From: Thermomicrobiales bacterium
Lineage (GTDB): Bacteria; Chloroflexota; Chloroflexia; Thermomicrobiales; UBA6265
DNA length: 64,000 nt
NCBI GenBank assembly: GCA_023957015.1
Contig: JAMLHR010000001.1
Location: forward strand, 28,841 to 92,840
Direction of reading: 5' to 3'
Of the stretch, positions 17,133-26,129 are shown piece by piece (the stretch's first letter is position 1; each line of letters starts with the position of its first letter). The translations under genes and the position numbers were made by a program. The notes below the pieces were generated by a model, which had not been told where the DNA came from, did not search any database, and saw nothing but the letters and a program-made list of their open reading frames with translations.

Positions 17133-18577
17133 CTATCGCGTAAACAAGGCATCCTGTTGGGCACGCTTCCCGTTGACCCAGCCAGTTTCCGATGCGAGCA
17201 CGCCGCGCAACTCCTCGCGGGCGGCATTGACCCGGTTCGGGGCAGTACCACCTGGAAGATCGCGGAGTTCGGTGCTCCCCAAACCATCCAACGGTGGTCG
17301 CTGGGTGGTGAAGACGGGATGAATCGCGGCCCACTCCTCGTCGGTCAGATCAGCGAAGGTCTTGCCCACACGGATACAGGTGCCAACCAGCGCACCAACG
17401 ATCTCGTGCGCTTCGCGGAACGGCACACCAGCCTTGGCCAGGACATCGGCGGCATCGGTGGCGAGCGTGAAGTCCTTGATCGATGCCTCGGCGGTGCGAT
17501 CGCCGTGCACGGTGATACTGGCGATCATCGGTGGGAAGACATCGAGCACAGCGAGAATAGTATCGAAGCTGTCGATCAGCCCCTCCTTATCCTCCTGGCT
17601 GTCCTTGTTGTAGGTCATCGGCTGGCCCTTCATCGTCACCAGCAGACCGATGAGATTGCCGAACCCGACCACTCTTACCCGACCGAGGCTCCGCGATATC
17701 GGCGTTCTTCTTCTGCGGCATGATGCTGCTACCGGTGCTGAAGCGATCGGCGATGGTGATATATCCGAACTCGCCCGAGCTCCAGTAGACCATCTCCTCG
17801 CTCAACCGACTGATGTGCATGGCAATCAGCGAGCAGGCGTAGAGGGCATCGAGGGCAAAATCGCGATCGCCGACCGCATCCATGGAGTTACGACTGATGC
17901 GGCTGAAACCAAGTTCGGCTGCGACCGCCTCGCGATCGAGTGGATACGTCGCGCCAGCCAGGGCAGCACTACCGAGCGCGAGCACATCGGCGCGGTCGTA
18001 TGCCTGACGGACACGCTCAAGATCGCGCAGGAACATCTCACAGTAGGCATGCATGTGGTGGGCAAAGAGCACCGGCTGCGCTCGCTGGACATGGGTGTAG
18101 CCGGGCATGACGCTTATCGGCGTATTTGGTCGAAATCTCGAGCAAGGCATTGATCAGATCGGTGAGACCGCTGGCAACCTCGATCAACTGCCGCTTTGTC
18201 CAGAAACGGAAGTCGTTCGCCACTTGATCGTTGCGGGAGCGACCGGTGTGCAAACGACCAGCTGTCGCGCCAATTAGCTCACGCAGCCGACGCTCGACAC
18301 CGGTGTGGACATCCTCATCGGCGATGGTGAGCGCGAACTCACCCAATTCAACCTCACCCAGGATTGTCCAAAGACCATCGATGATGGTCTCGGCATCGCT
18401 CTGGGCAATCACACCCTGTTTGCCCAGCATGCGCGCGTGAGCGATCGATCCCCGAATATCCTCCCGCACCATACGGACATCGAACCCGACGGAGGCATTG
18501 AACGCCTCCAGCCGCGCATCCGGATTCTCCGCGAATCGTCCACCCCACGCCTTGCGTGTGCCTGATTGTTCTGCCAT
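17133..18577 (-). pseudogene. argH: argininosuccinate lyase, disrupted by two frameshifts
   Basis: Three consecutive minus-strand ORFs cover one ArgH. N-terminal part: WGGRFAENPD...TGRSRNDQVAN. Middle part: [12 protein letters not shown]...[12 protein letters not shown]-terminal part: [27 protein letters not shown].... Frame changes fall near 18108-18116 and 17661-17668. Confidence 0.85.
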
Positions 18578-18600
18578 GTCCATCCCCACGCGACCTATCG

Positions 18601-18684
18601 ATGGTAGAAGGGCAGGTAACCTGCCCCTCAATCACCTACGAAGGGGAGACTAGCTCCCCGACTACCGGTGCCGGTATAGGCACC
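18601..18684. repeat. REPIN-like doublet of inverted GGTAG-hairpin modules plus a third hairpin
   Basis: GGTAGAAGGGCAGGTAACCTGCCC on the plus strand. On the minus strand, GGTAGTCGGGGAGCTAGTCTCCCC (18643-18668). Then GGTGCCGGTATAGGCACC. Homologous to 39526-39590. Confidence 0.7.
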
Positions 18685-18749
18685 CAAATCTATCGGATAG
18701 CGTATCCCATTTCGAACGAGAGGCAGAGCATTCCACTATACTTGGTTGT

Positions 18750-18763
18750 CGAACACGTGTTCT
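18750..18763. promoter_or_regulatory. LexA (SOS) box, Cheo type: CGAACACGTGTTCT
   Basis: Perfect 12-bp palindrome GAACACGTGTTC (GAAC-N4-GTTC). It lies 8 nt downstream of a TATACT -10-like hexamer (18737-18742) and 18 nt upstream of the nurA start. Confidence 0.6.
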
Positions 18764-18780
18764 GAAAGGATGCTTCGTCG

Positions 18781-19833
18781 TTGATTGAAACCGCTCCCCG
18801 CTTCGAACCACTCGCTAGCCGCGTGCAGCGGATCGAGGATGCGCTGCGACGATCCGGCGTGCAACCAATCGATATGCGCAGATCAGGTACGCTGGAGACG
18901 GATATCGCACTACCGGAGTTCGGTCGTAATGAACCGCTCGAATCGCCGACGCTGGAATTCCTGGAGGGAACGCTCGATCACATCGAGGCTCGTCCAATTA
19001 CACGGGCGAACACCACGGCGTTCCGTTGGTTCATTGACGGTAGTCAGAAGACGATGCCGATCTGGCGAGTGGGCGTGGTCCCGATTGTTGTCAGTATCGC
19101 CGTCGCCGGTTTACTGGAACGCAATGATGAGGGCGAATGTAGGTTGGTACCGGGTTCGCTGCGGGAATCGTTGACCTGGATCGTACCTCAGCAAACAGGA
19201 AATCCGGAATTGCGCGCAATCGTGGATATCCTGGAGGCATACAATCAGCAAGTAGTTGATCCGCTTGAAGACCAACCGGATTACCAGCGATTGGCGGGTA
19301 TGTACGATTACGTACTCTACTACGCCAGCGAAACCGCTGGTAGTCAGCGACAGAAAGCCGAGTACGCGATCGCCCAGGCATGGGATGAGGAACACCAACA
19401 CGACCGTTCCGATGGATGGTTGGTTGTCGACGGTCGCTTACCAGTTGATGCCGATCACGCTGTTGGACTCATAAAGAGTCCGGAGGGACAGCACCTCGCT
19501 GGTCGCGATGCGATCACGCTGCTCAATCTTCCTGCCGGACAGAGGACAACGGCCTATCGCATCGCCAGTCGTGCCAGTGCTCGCACGCATTTCTACCAAC
19601 GCATGTGGCCAGCGGAGGGGCTGGACGCCCGCCGTGCACTGATCCGGATCGAATTGAGCGGCACCGATCGCGACACCGACGAGTTCAACGATATCGCGAC
19701 CTGGCTGATGGCCGAGCGTGTCCCCACACCTCGATCGGATAGTCGCTGGCCAACACTGCTGTATCCCGTGCATTTGCTGGAACGCATGCTGAAACAACGC
19801 CTCAATCAGATCACCGCCGGCTGGCCGGTATAG
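18781..19833 (+). CDS. nurA: NurA-like 5'-3' nuclease
   Basis: FRWFIDGSQK and WLVVDGRLP resemble the two DG(S/x)L-type catalytic Asp motifs of NurA. Genomic context with herA supports the call. It has a TTG start, so the exact start is uncertain. Confidence 0.6.
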   Translation: MIETAPRFEPLASRVQRIEDALRRSGVQPIDMRRSGTLETDIALPEFGRNEPLESPTLEFLEGTLDHIEARPITRANTTAFRWFIDGSQKTMPIWRVGVVPIVVSIAVAGLLERNDEGECRLVPGSLRESLTWIVPQQTGNPELRAIVDILEAYNQQVVDPLEDQPDYQRLAGMYDYVLYYASETAGSQRQKAEYAIAQAWDEEHQHDRSDGWLVVDGRLPVDADHAVGLIKSPEGQHLAGRDAITLLNLPAGQRTTAYRIASRASARTHFYQRMWPAEGLDARRALIRIELSGTDRDTDEFNDIATWLMAERVPTPRSDSRWPTLLYPVHLLERMLKQRLNQITAGWPV

Positions 19834-19916
19834 GATTTTTTCACGTGCAGCATTAATCGTATCTGGCTAGGAGTTGTTCATGTCCGTCATTGATCGTATC
19901 GGGGTAGGAGTAGTTC

Positions 19917-22013
19917 ATGCCCGTCATTGATCGCATCTGGGAGCTTCCAGAGTTCACCGATCTGGTCGACCACCATCAAGATGTCATCGGTCGCGTGGTG
20001 AGCAGCGAAAAGGAACCGGCCGGGAGCCATCAGTTCCACTTTTGGGGGGCCGATGATGCGCTGGCATTGGATATCGGCCATATCGTCGTCACCTTCAGCG
20101 AAGAGGCCGCGGTGATCGGTGTGGTCGATGAGCCGCGCCGCTTCAGCGATATGCACAGCTTCCTGGACGATTATTTCGACCGCCGGATGGAGATCGCGCT
20201 GCCGGAGGATGGCCCCACCCAGCGGCCGGAAATCCTGGTCTTTACCGTCAATGTGCTCGCCACCAAGCATCTGCGCAGGGATGTGCAGAGCAATCGTCCG
20301 GCGATCAATGGACCTGTTTACTTCGCGACCGAGGCTGCGATCAACTACGCGCTCGGTGTCGAGCACTTCGATGGCAGTCCGATCCCGGCACTGATGCACA
20401 CCAATGGAAACTACGTGCGCGACGCTGAGGGGAACATCCTTCTCGACGTGAATGGGCACAAAAAATTCCAGAAGACACCACTGTATCTGGACGAGAACTA
20501 TCTCCTCGGTCCGGAGGCAGGTCACGCCAACTGGACCGGCCAGAGCGGTCTGGCCACAAAAACCAGCCACGCGCTGTTCCTGACCAGCAGCATCTTCCAA
20601 ACGCTGCAGCGTTCCGACACGAGCGTGGCCGCCCTAATGTTCAACGTGAAAGGGCCGGATCTGCTCTGGCTGGACAAGCCAGCCGTGCCTGTACCCGGCA
20701 TGGAAGCGCTCTACGATAGCGCCGGTGCCCGGGGACTGGACGATGATCAGTTGAATGCCTACACATCGCTGAGGCTGGAGCCGACACCGTTCGACAACTT
20801 CAATATCTTTGCGCCGTTCAAGCCAGGTCAGGAGCCACAGAGCTACAGTGGCAAGGTTGATCTGGCGGGATTCTCCGACCAACAGATGCTGAACACGCAC
20901 CGCAATATGTCGGGGCAGAATGATCGCGTCTTCCCGATCCTGTGGTCGCTGGATCGGCTGCTCGCCTATCCGCATCGCATCTTTGATCACAACGATCTGG
21001 ACGACAAACTCTTCGGCTTCATCTACGAGTTGCGCGAGATGGGGATCAAGAGCATCGATCAACTCAACAAGCAGTTCGAGAAGATCAACCAGTACTTCGA
21101 AACACCGGACGAGAACGGTCGCACCAGCGACACCTGGAACGGACATCACAAGGCGACGATCCGCAAGGCACAGAATCGATTCAAGGGTCTGCAGGACAAG
21201 TTCGCTGGTTTGATCGCGAACGGCGCGGTCGATTACGGCACGACACCGATGGTGGACTATGCGTTCACTCCACAAGAGTTACGTGTTGTCGATATCAGTG
21301 CCTGCAATACCAATGTGCAAGAGCTCATCGTCACCTCCACCATCAACGCGATCTGGAGGTTGGCGGAGAAGTCCGACATGGGTGTGGATAAACTCATCGT
21401 CTTCGTCGATGAGTTGAACAAGTACGCTCCCGCTGGTGGCGAGGGCGGTCTGCGCGATACGTTGGTCGATATCGCCGCCCGCGGTCGGCACCTGAACGTC
21501 GTGCTCCTGGGGGCGCAGCAGTTCCGCAGCAAGGTCGACGGCGAGATTCTCGGCAACTGCGGCACCAGCTTCTATGGTCGTATCGGCGATGAGGAGATCA
21601 TCAACGCCGCCTATCGCAGCATTTCCGAGACGCAGAAGCAGGAACTACTGGGACTCAGCAAGGGGCGAATGCTGGTACGGCACGCGCATTATCGCTCGCC
21701 GTTGTTCGGCACCTTCCCCTACCCGCCTTCCATCCCGGGCATCTTCGGCCAGCGTGTGTTTGGCGGCGAAGATGGTCCGGCCGGTGATCCAGTCGACGGC
21801 TTAATGGCCCTTCTGGACAAGTACATGGGCGACAATGCCCCCCGTAAGGGAGAGGTCCAGGCACATGCCGACGGACTGGATCGTGAAGACATAGAGCGGG
21901 TACGAAGCAAACTATCCAACGTACTCAATGGCAACACCAACCGACGCAGCAACCCGTGGGAGATGATGAAACGAGAGTTGGCAAACAGTAAGGAAGCGAA
22001 GCGGTTCACATGA
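19917..22013 (+). CDS. herA: HerA-like (FtsK/HerA superfamily) hexameric ATPase/translocase
   Basis: N-terminal barrel-like region (HQFHFWGADDALALDIGHIVVTF). Walker B KLIVFVDELNKYAP. HerA-typical AARGRHLNVVLLGAQQFRSKVDGEILGNCGTSFYGRIGDEE. The Walker A is atypical (TGQSGLATKTS). Confidence 0.7.
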   Translation: MPVIDRIWELPEFTDLVDHHQDVIGRVVSSEKEPAGSHQFHFWGADDALALDIGHIVVTFSEEAAVIGVVDEPRRFSDMHSFLDDYFDRRMEIALPEDGPTQRPEILVFTVNVLATKHLRRDVQSNRPAINGPVYFATEAAINYALGVEHFDGSPIPALMHTNGNYVRDAEGNILLDVNGHKKFQKTPLYLDENYLLGPEAGHANWTGQSGLATKTSHALFLTSSIFQTLQRSDTSVAALMFNVKGPDLLWLDKPAVPVPGMEALYDSAGARGLDDDQLNAYTSLRLEPTPFDNFNIFAPFKPGQEPQSYSGKVDLAGFSDQQMLNTHRNMSGQNDRVFPILWSLDRLLAYPHRIFDHNDLDDKLFGFIYELREMGIKSIDQLNKQFEKINQYFETPDENGRTSDTWNGHHKATIRKAQNRFKGLQDKFAGLIANGAVDYGTTPMVDYAFTPQELRVVDISACNTNVQELIVTSTINAIWRLAEKSDMGVDKLIVFVDELNKYAPAGGEGGLRDTLVDIAARGRHLNVVLLGAQQFRSKVDGEILGNCGTSFYGRIGDEEIINAAYRSISETQKQELLGLSKGRMLVRHAHYRSPLFGTFPYPPSIPGIFGQRVFGGEDGPAGDPVDGLMALLDKYMGDNAPRKGEVQAHADGLDREDIERVRSKLSNVLNGNTNRRSNPWEMMKRELANSKEAKRFT

Positions 22014-23248
22014 GTCGACCGATCCGTATCGCCCATATCACCGATACCCACCTCGGCTATCGGACGCTGAACAAGCCCGATCCTGCGAGCGGTCGCAATC
22101 AGCGCACCGTCGATTTCGAGCGCGCATTCGAGTGGGCTGTCAATGACATCATTGAGCAGGAGAAAAAACCGGATGCGGTCATTCACGCCGGCGATGTCTT
22201 CCACCACGCCCGTCCGACCTGGCAATCGATGCGGCATTTCATCCAGCAATGGCAGAAGATCGAGCGAGCCGGTATTCCATCGTTGGTGATCGCTGGGAAC
22301 CACGATACCCCGAGAGTACGCACAGGCGGCAGCGCGTATTCGATCCTGGAACTTGTGCTGCCAAACACAACGTTCTACGCCGGTTACGAAGACAAGCACG
22401 ATCACGAAACGTTTCAGCATTTGGGTATTCACGTTCATGCGGTGCCGCACGGCGCACTAACCAGCGATAATCCGGTTGTTCCACAGGTGTTCGCCAACCG
22501 AATCAATGTGATGGTGATCCACGGTATGGTGAAGGGCATTCTCAAGCCCGGTCAACATGCCGAACCTGGTGAAGAGGAGCTTGATACCAGTCTCCTGGAC
22601 CACGGTTTCGATTACATCGCACTCGGCCACTATCACCAGCGAATGCAACCACCGGGTATCGGCAACGGTTGGTATGCCGGAAGCACTGAACGCAATGGCT
22701 GGGGCGACTACGAGACACAACCGGGCTACCTGATGGTGACACTCAACGGACCTGGCGAGGGTTTCGACGAGCCAGAAGTTCACAAGATTCCGGAAGATAT
22801 CGTGCGTCCGATGATTGATCTGAAAGCGACGCATGCAGAGAACATGCGCGGTCCGGAGATCGCAGAGGAAGTACTGCGCAAGATCAACAGCCTGAAAGAG
22901 AACGAGGAGACGCGACAGCGCGCCATGGTTCGGGCTCGCATCTGGGATGCGGAACGCGGCGATCGCCGCGAGGCGGAGTCGATTCTCAAACGTGAGGCAG
23001 CTGATCTCGTCTGGCACTTGAGCGTACCAACGGAAGCATCAGGCAATGCGAATACCGGTGAGCGACCAGAGGTCGCGCAAGAGTTCCCGGACATCCGCGA
23101 ACTCTTCGGGCAGTTCGTGGAAAGTCGCACCGGTATCGCCTTCAATGATCGCTTCGCCCAGATTTTCCGCGAGCGGGGTGATGCCACATTGGCCGAAGCT
23201 ATCGCGGCGGCAGTAACGGTCGCGCCGGAGGAGGATGAACTCACATGA
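22010..23248 (+). CDS. mre11: Mre11/SbcD-family metallophosphoesterase nuclease
   Basis: Phosphoesterase motifs IAHITDTHLG, HAGDVFH, VIAGNHD, VMVIHGMV and ALGHYHQ. ATGA overlap with herA. Confidence 0.85.
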   Translation: MSRPIRIAHITDTHLGYRTLNKPDPASGRNQRTVDFERAFEWAVNDIIEQEKKPDAVIHAGDVFHHARPTWQSMRHFIQQWQKIERAGIPSLVIAGNHDTPRVRTGGSAYSILELVLPNTTFYAGYEDKHDHETFQHLGIHVHAVPHGALTSDNPVVPQVFANRINVMVIHGMVKGILKPGQHAEPGEEELDTSLLDHGFDYIALGHYHQRMQPPGIGNGWYAGSTERNGWGDYETQPGYLMVTLNGPGEGFDEPEVHKIPEDIVRPMIDLKATHAENMRGPEIAEEVLRKINSLKENEETRQRAMVRARIWDAERGDRREAESILKREAADLVWHLSVPTEASGNANTGERPEVAQEFPDIRELFGQFVESRTGIAFNDRFAQIFRERGDATLAEAIAAAVTVAPEEDELT

Positions 23249-26049
23249 TCCTCTCTCGCGTGCATATCACCAACTACAAGCAATACGGTGGCAACCAGAC
23301 GATCGAGATTCCGCAGGCGGGAACAGTCGGTGTGATCGGCACTAACGGCGTCGGCAAGACGACGCTGTTCGAGGCGATCGAATGGGCGCTCTACTCGCCC
23401 TCTACAATCAAGGCCGCGGATGTGCGACCGCGCACCTGGCGAGGGAACACCCTGGTCGTGGTTGAACTGGATGATCCGGCCACGGGTCAGCAGTACGTCG
23501 TCGAACGCGAACTCGGCAAGGGGTCAGCCAAGGCACGTATCTATCGTCGCGATGCCAACGGATACGAAGAGAAGATCGTCGATGGCGCTGCCCAGGTCAC
23601 GCAATACGTCGCGAATACGCTGATCGGGCTGGAACATTCTGCCTTTGTCGCGACGTTCTTCACACGACAGAAAGAGCTTGGATTCTTCAACGGCTCCCCG
23701 ACCGCGCGGCGGCGAGAAGTCGGCAAATTGCTCGGTCTGGAGATCATTCGCGATGCGCAAGAGCGCATCGCCGAGGTGCGAAAGCGTGCCCAGGCGGACG
23801 CTCGCAGCTATCTGAGCATGAGCGAAGAACAGGCAAAGGAACGCGATTTCGCAGCCGAGCTTGTTAGTGCCGACGGAGCGATCGCTATCGCTCAGCGCGA
23901 GGTTGCGGAGGCGCAGGGAGCCCTCGAGATCGCACATCAGCAGGTTGCGGCGGCGCAGATGCAGCTGGCAGCGATCGAGAAACTGCGCGACGATGATGCC
24001 TCGTTGAATGAGCAGATCCTACAGAAACAACGCGAGCACGATCTGGCGCAACAGCAGATGATGTCGGCAACCCAGGAACTGGAACGCCTGGAAGCACTAG
24101 AAAGGGAGCGAATCGACCTGCTGCCAATCGCGTCACAAGTCGAGGAGCTGACCGAAAAAGAGACGGCACACAGCGAGCGACGACAACGAGCACTCCGCAG
24201 ACGCGAGTTGGCGCAAGCGCTATCAGCGATTGATCTTCGCGAGCAAGGTATACAAGCAGCGATCGAGCAAGCGATCACAGACACGCCGCCACCCGATCAC
24301 AATCCCCTATGGTCCACCACCGATGTCACGCAGGCGGTAGCCTGGGCCGAGAGAATTCGCCTGGATGAGATCGAGGCCCGAACAGAGGCGATTCAGCACG
24401 CGAAAGCCGTGAGCGACAACCTCGATCAGGAGCAGAAGCGGTTAGCCAGGTTCCTGGATCGTGTCGCCGTACTCCAGAGACAGATGAGCGATGCAACCGC
24501 TGATGGCGATCCGGCAATCAGGATCACGGCAATCGACGCACGGTTACAGCAAGTTCAAGGGAGCTCGGCGGCCGTAGAAACGACCAGGAAACGGCTCCAG
24601 ACTGAACTTCAGAAGAACGAGCGTATTCTCTCCAATCTTGAGCATCAGCACGAGGGCGAAGTCTGCCCGACCTGTCACCGGCCATTCACTGCAGATGACG
24701 CGGCACACGTCACCGAGGTCTTCCGGAAGGAGATCGCCAGCTTGCGGGATCAGTTGCTCGCGGTGCACCAGCAGATCACCGCGAACGACGAACAACTACG
24801 TGCGCTTCAACCGGAGCGGCAACGACTCATCGAGACGAGCAAGGTACTCGATGGTGTGCGGTCATCATTGGCGACCGGGCAACAATATGTCGCCGATCAA
24901 CAGGCGGCCGTGCAGCAGCTAACCGAGCAACTCTCCGCCGCAGTCGTCACAGCTGGGTTGTCCGGTCCACCAACAGCGGAGGATATCGACGTCGCCAGGG
25001 AGCAACTTAAGAAGTGGCAGCAAATCGTCAACGCACTGAAGGTCATCAAGCGTGCCTTGGCCGAACTCCCAAGATTGGCGGCGGAACGGGTGCCCGTAAC
25101 GGAGGAAGTAGCAGCGCTCGGTGAGGTTGTCTACGACGAGGCGGCTCATCGCACGGTGATTGAGCAGTTGAACCAGGCGCGGCAGGCACAGATCACGGCA
25201 CTACGCATTGATGGCGAGCTCTCGCGGAAAGCGACGGTCGAGCAGTCGAAGGAGACTGCCGCGCGTATCCTGGGGGGAGCGCGGCAGACGATGGCCACGC
25301 TACAGGACCAACGATCACGGCTCGGATTCGATCCGACCACGCTGCTCACGGCTCAGAACGAACACAATCGCGCACTCGAGCACGAACGGACCGCCACGCA
25401 GCATCACTTCCGCCAACAGACGCAACTCCGTGACGCCGAAACGGCGAGAACCCGGATTACTGACGATCGGAAGCGGCTGGAGCAGCTCACGCGAACTGCC
25501 GAGATCAAACGTCGCGAGGCCGATGATCTGGATCTGATGTACAAGGAGTTCAGTGAGTTCGAGCGGTATGCCGCCGCCTGGTATGCGCCGCGGCTGGGCG
25601 AGATCACCAGCGATCTGGTGGCACAGGTGACGGATGGCAAGTACGACCGGGTCGATTTCGATAACAACTTCTCGATCCAGGTCTACGATCGCGATGATGA
25701 GAAGTACCCCTATGAGACCTTCTCCGGTGGCGAACGTGACGCGATCGCGCTCTGCGCGCGCATCGCGCTGAGCCGACTCATCGGCGGTGCCAGCGCCAAT
25801 CCACCGGGCTTCCTGGTGCTGGATGAAGTCTTCGGATCGCTCGATCTGGAGCGACGACAGCGGTTGCTAGAGATGTTAGGCATGATCACCCATGCCGACC
25901 ACCAGTTCCAGCAGGTGTTCATCATTAGCCACGTGGATGACATCCGCACCTCACCAATCCTGGACGAGATCTGGCAGGTGAAGGAGACGGGGGATGGCAT
26001 CAGCCAGATTGAAGTTGTCGGTGCTGGCACGGATATTGGAGAGATATGA
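23245..26049 (+). CDS. rad50: Rad50/SbcC-family SMC-like ATPase with zinc hook
   Basis: Walker A GTNGVGKTTLFEAIEWALY. Long coiled coil with a central CPTCHRPF hook. Signature FSGGERDAIALCARIAL and Walker B FLVLDEVFGSLD. ATGA overlap with mre11. Confidence 0.85.
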   Translation: MILSRVHITNYKQYGGNQTIEIPQAGTVGVIGTNGVGKTTLFEAIEWALYSPSTIKAADVRPRTWRGNTLVVVELDDPATGQQYVVERELGKGSAKARIYRRDANGYEEKIVDGAAQVTQYVANTLIGLEHSAFVATFFTRQKELGFFNGSPTARRREVGKLLGLEIIRDAQERIAEVRKRAQADARSYLSMSEEQAKERDFAAELVSADGAIAIAQREVAEAQGALEIAHQQVAAAQMQLAAIEKLRDDDASLNEQILQKQREHDLAQQQMMSATQELERLEALERERIDLLPIASQVEELTEKETAHSERRQRALRRRELAQALSAIDLREQGIQAAIEQAITDTPPPDHNPLWSTTDVTQAVAWAERIRLDEIEARTEAIQHAKAVSDNLDQEQKRLARFLDRVAVLQRQMSDATADGDPAIRITAIDARLQQVQGSSAAVETTRKRLQTELQKNERILSNLEHQHEGEVCPTCHRPFTADDAAHVTEVFRKEIASLRDQLLAVHQQITANDEQLRALQPERQRLIETSKVLDGVRSSLATGQQYVADQQAAVQQLTEQLSAAVVTAGLSGPPTAEDIDVAREQLKKWQQIVNALKVIKRALAELPRLAAERVPVTEEVAALGEVVYDEAAHRTVIEQLNQARQAQITALRIDGELSRKATVEQSKETAARILGGARQTMATLQDQRSRLGFDPTTLLTAQNEHNRALEHERTATQHHFRQQTQLRDAETARTRITDDRKRLEQLTRTAEIKRREADDLDLMYKEFSEFERYAAAWYAPRLGEITSDLVAQVTDGKYDRVDFDNNFSIQVYDRDDEKYPYETFSGGERDAIALCARIALSRLIGGASANPPGFLVLDEVFGSLDLERRQRLLEMLGMITHADHQFQQVFIISHVDDIRTSPILDEIWQVKETGDGISQIEVVGAGTDIGEI

Positions 26050-26129
26050 CGAAGTCATCCTGAGCATCGCGAAGGATCTCGGTATCACCATCCGTCGAAT
26101 GGTTGCATATGGCATTATCTGAACGAGAT

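Noticed and set aside
18601-18684. Clustered hairpins (also 26130-26283, 36988-37075, 39526-39590) as tRNA or tmRNA genes
   Set aside because: There is no cloverleaf geometry, no GTTCRANYC T-loop, and no acceptor/anticodon arrangement. The stems are simple 6-8-bp hairpins with 4-6-nt loops.
18781-26049. Calling the nurA-herA-mre11-rad50 cluster a known anti-phage system (SIR2-HerA, DUF4297-HerA, Lamassu, Wadjet)
   Set aside because: No SIR2, DUF4297, LmuA-type effector or JetABCD-like proteins are present. The partners are a NurA-like nuclease and a classical Mre11/Rad50 pair, and the promoter carries an SOS box. A repair role is therefore favoured, with defence kept only as an alternative hypothesis.
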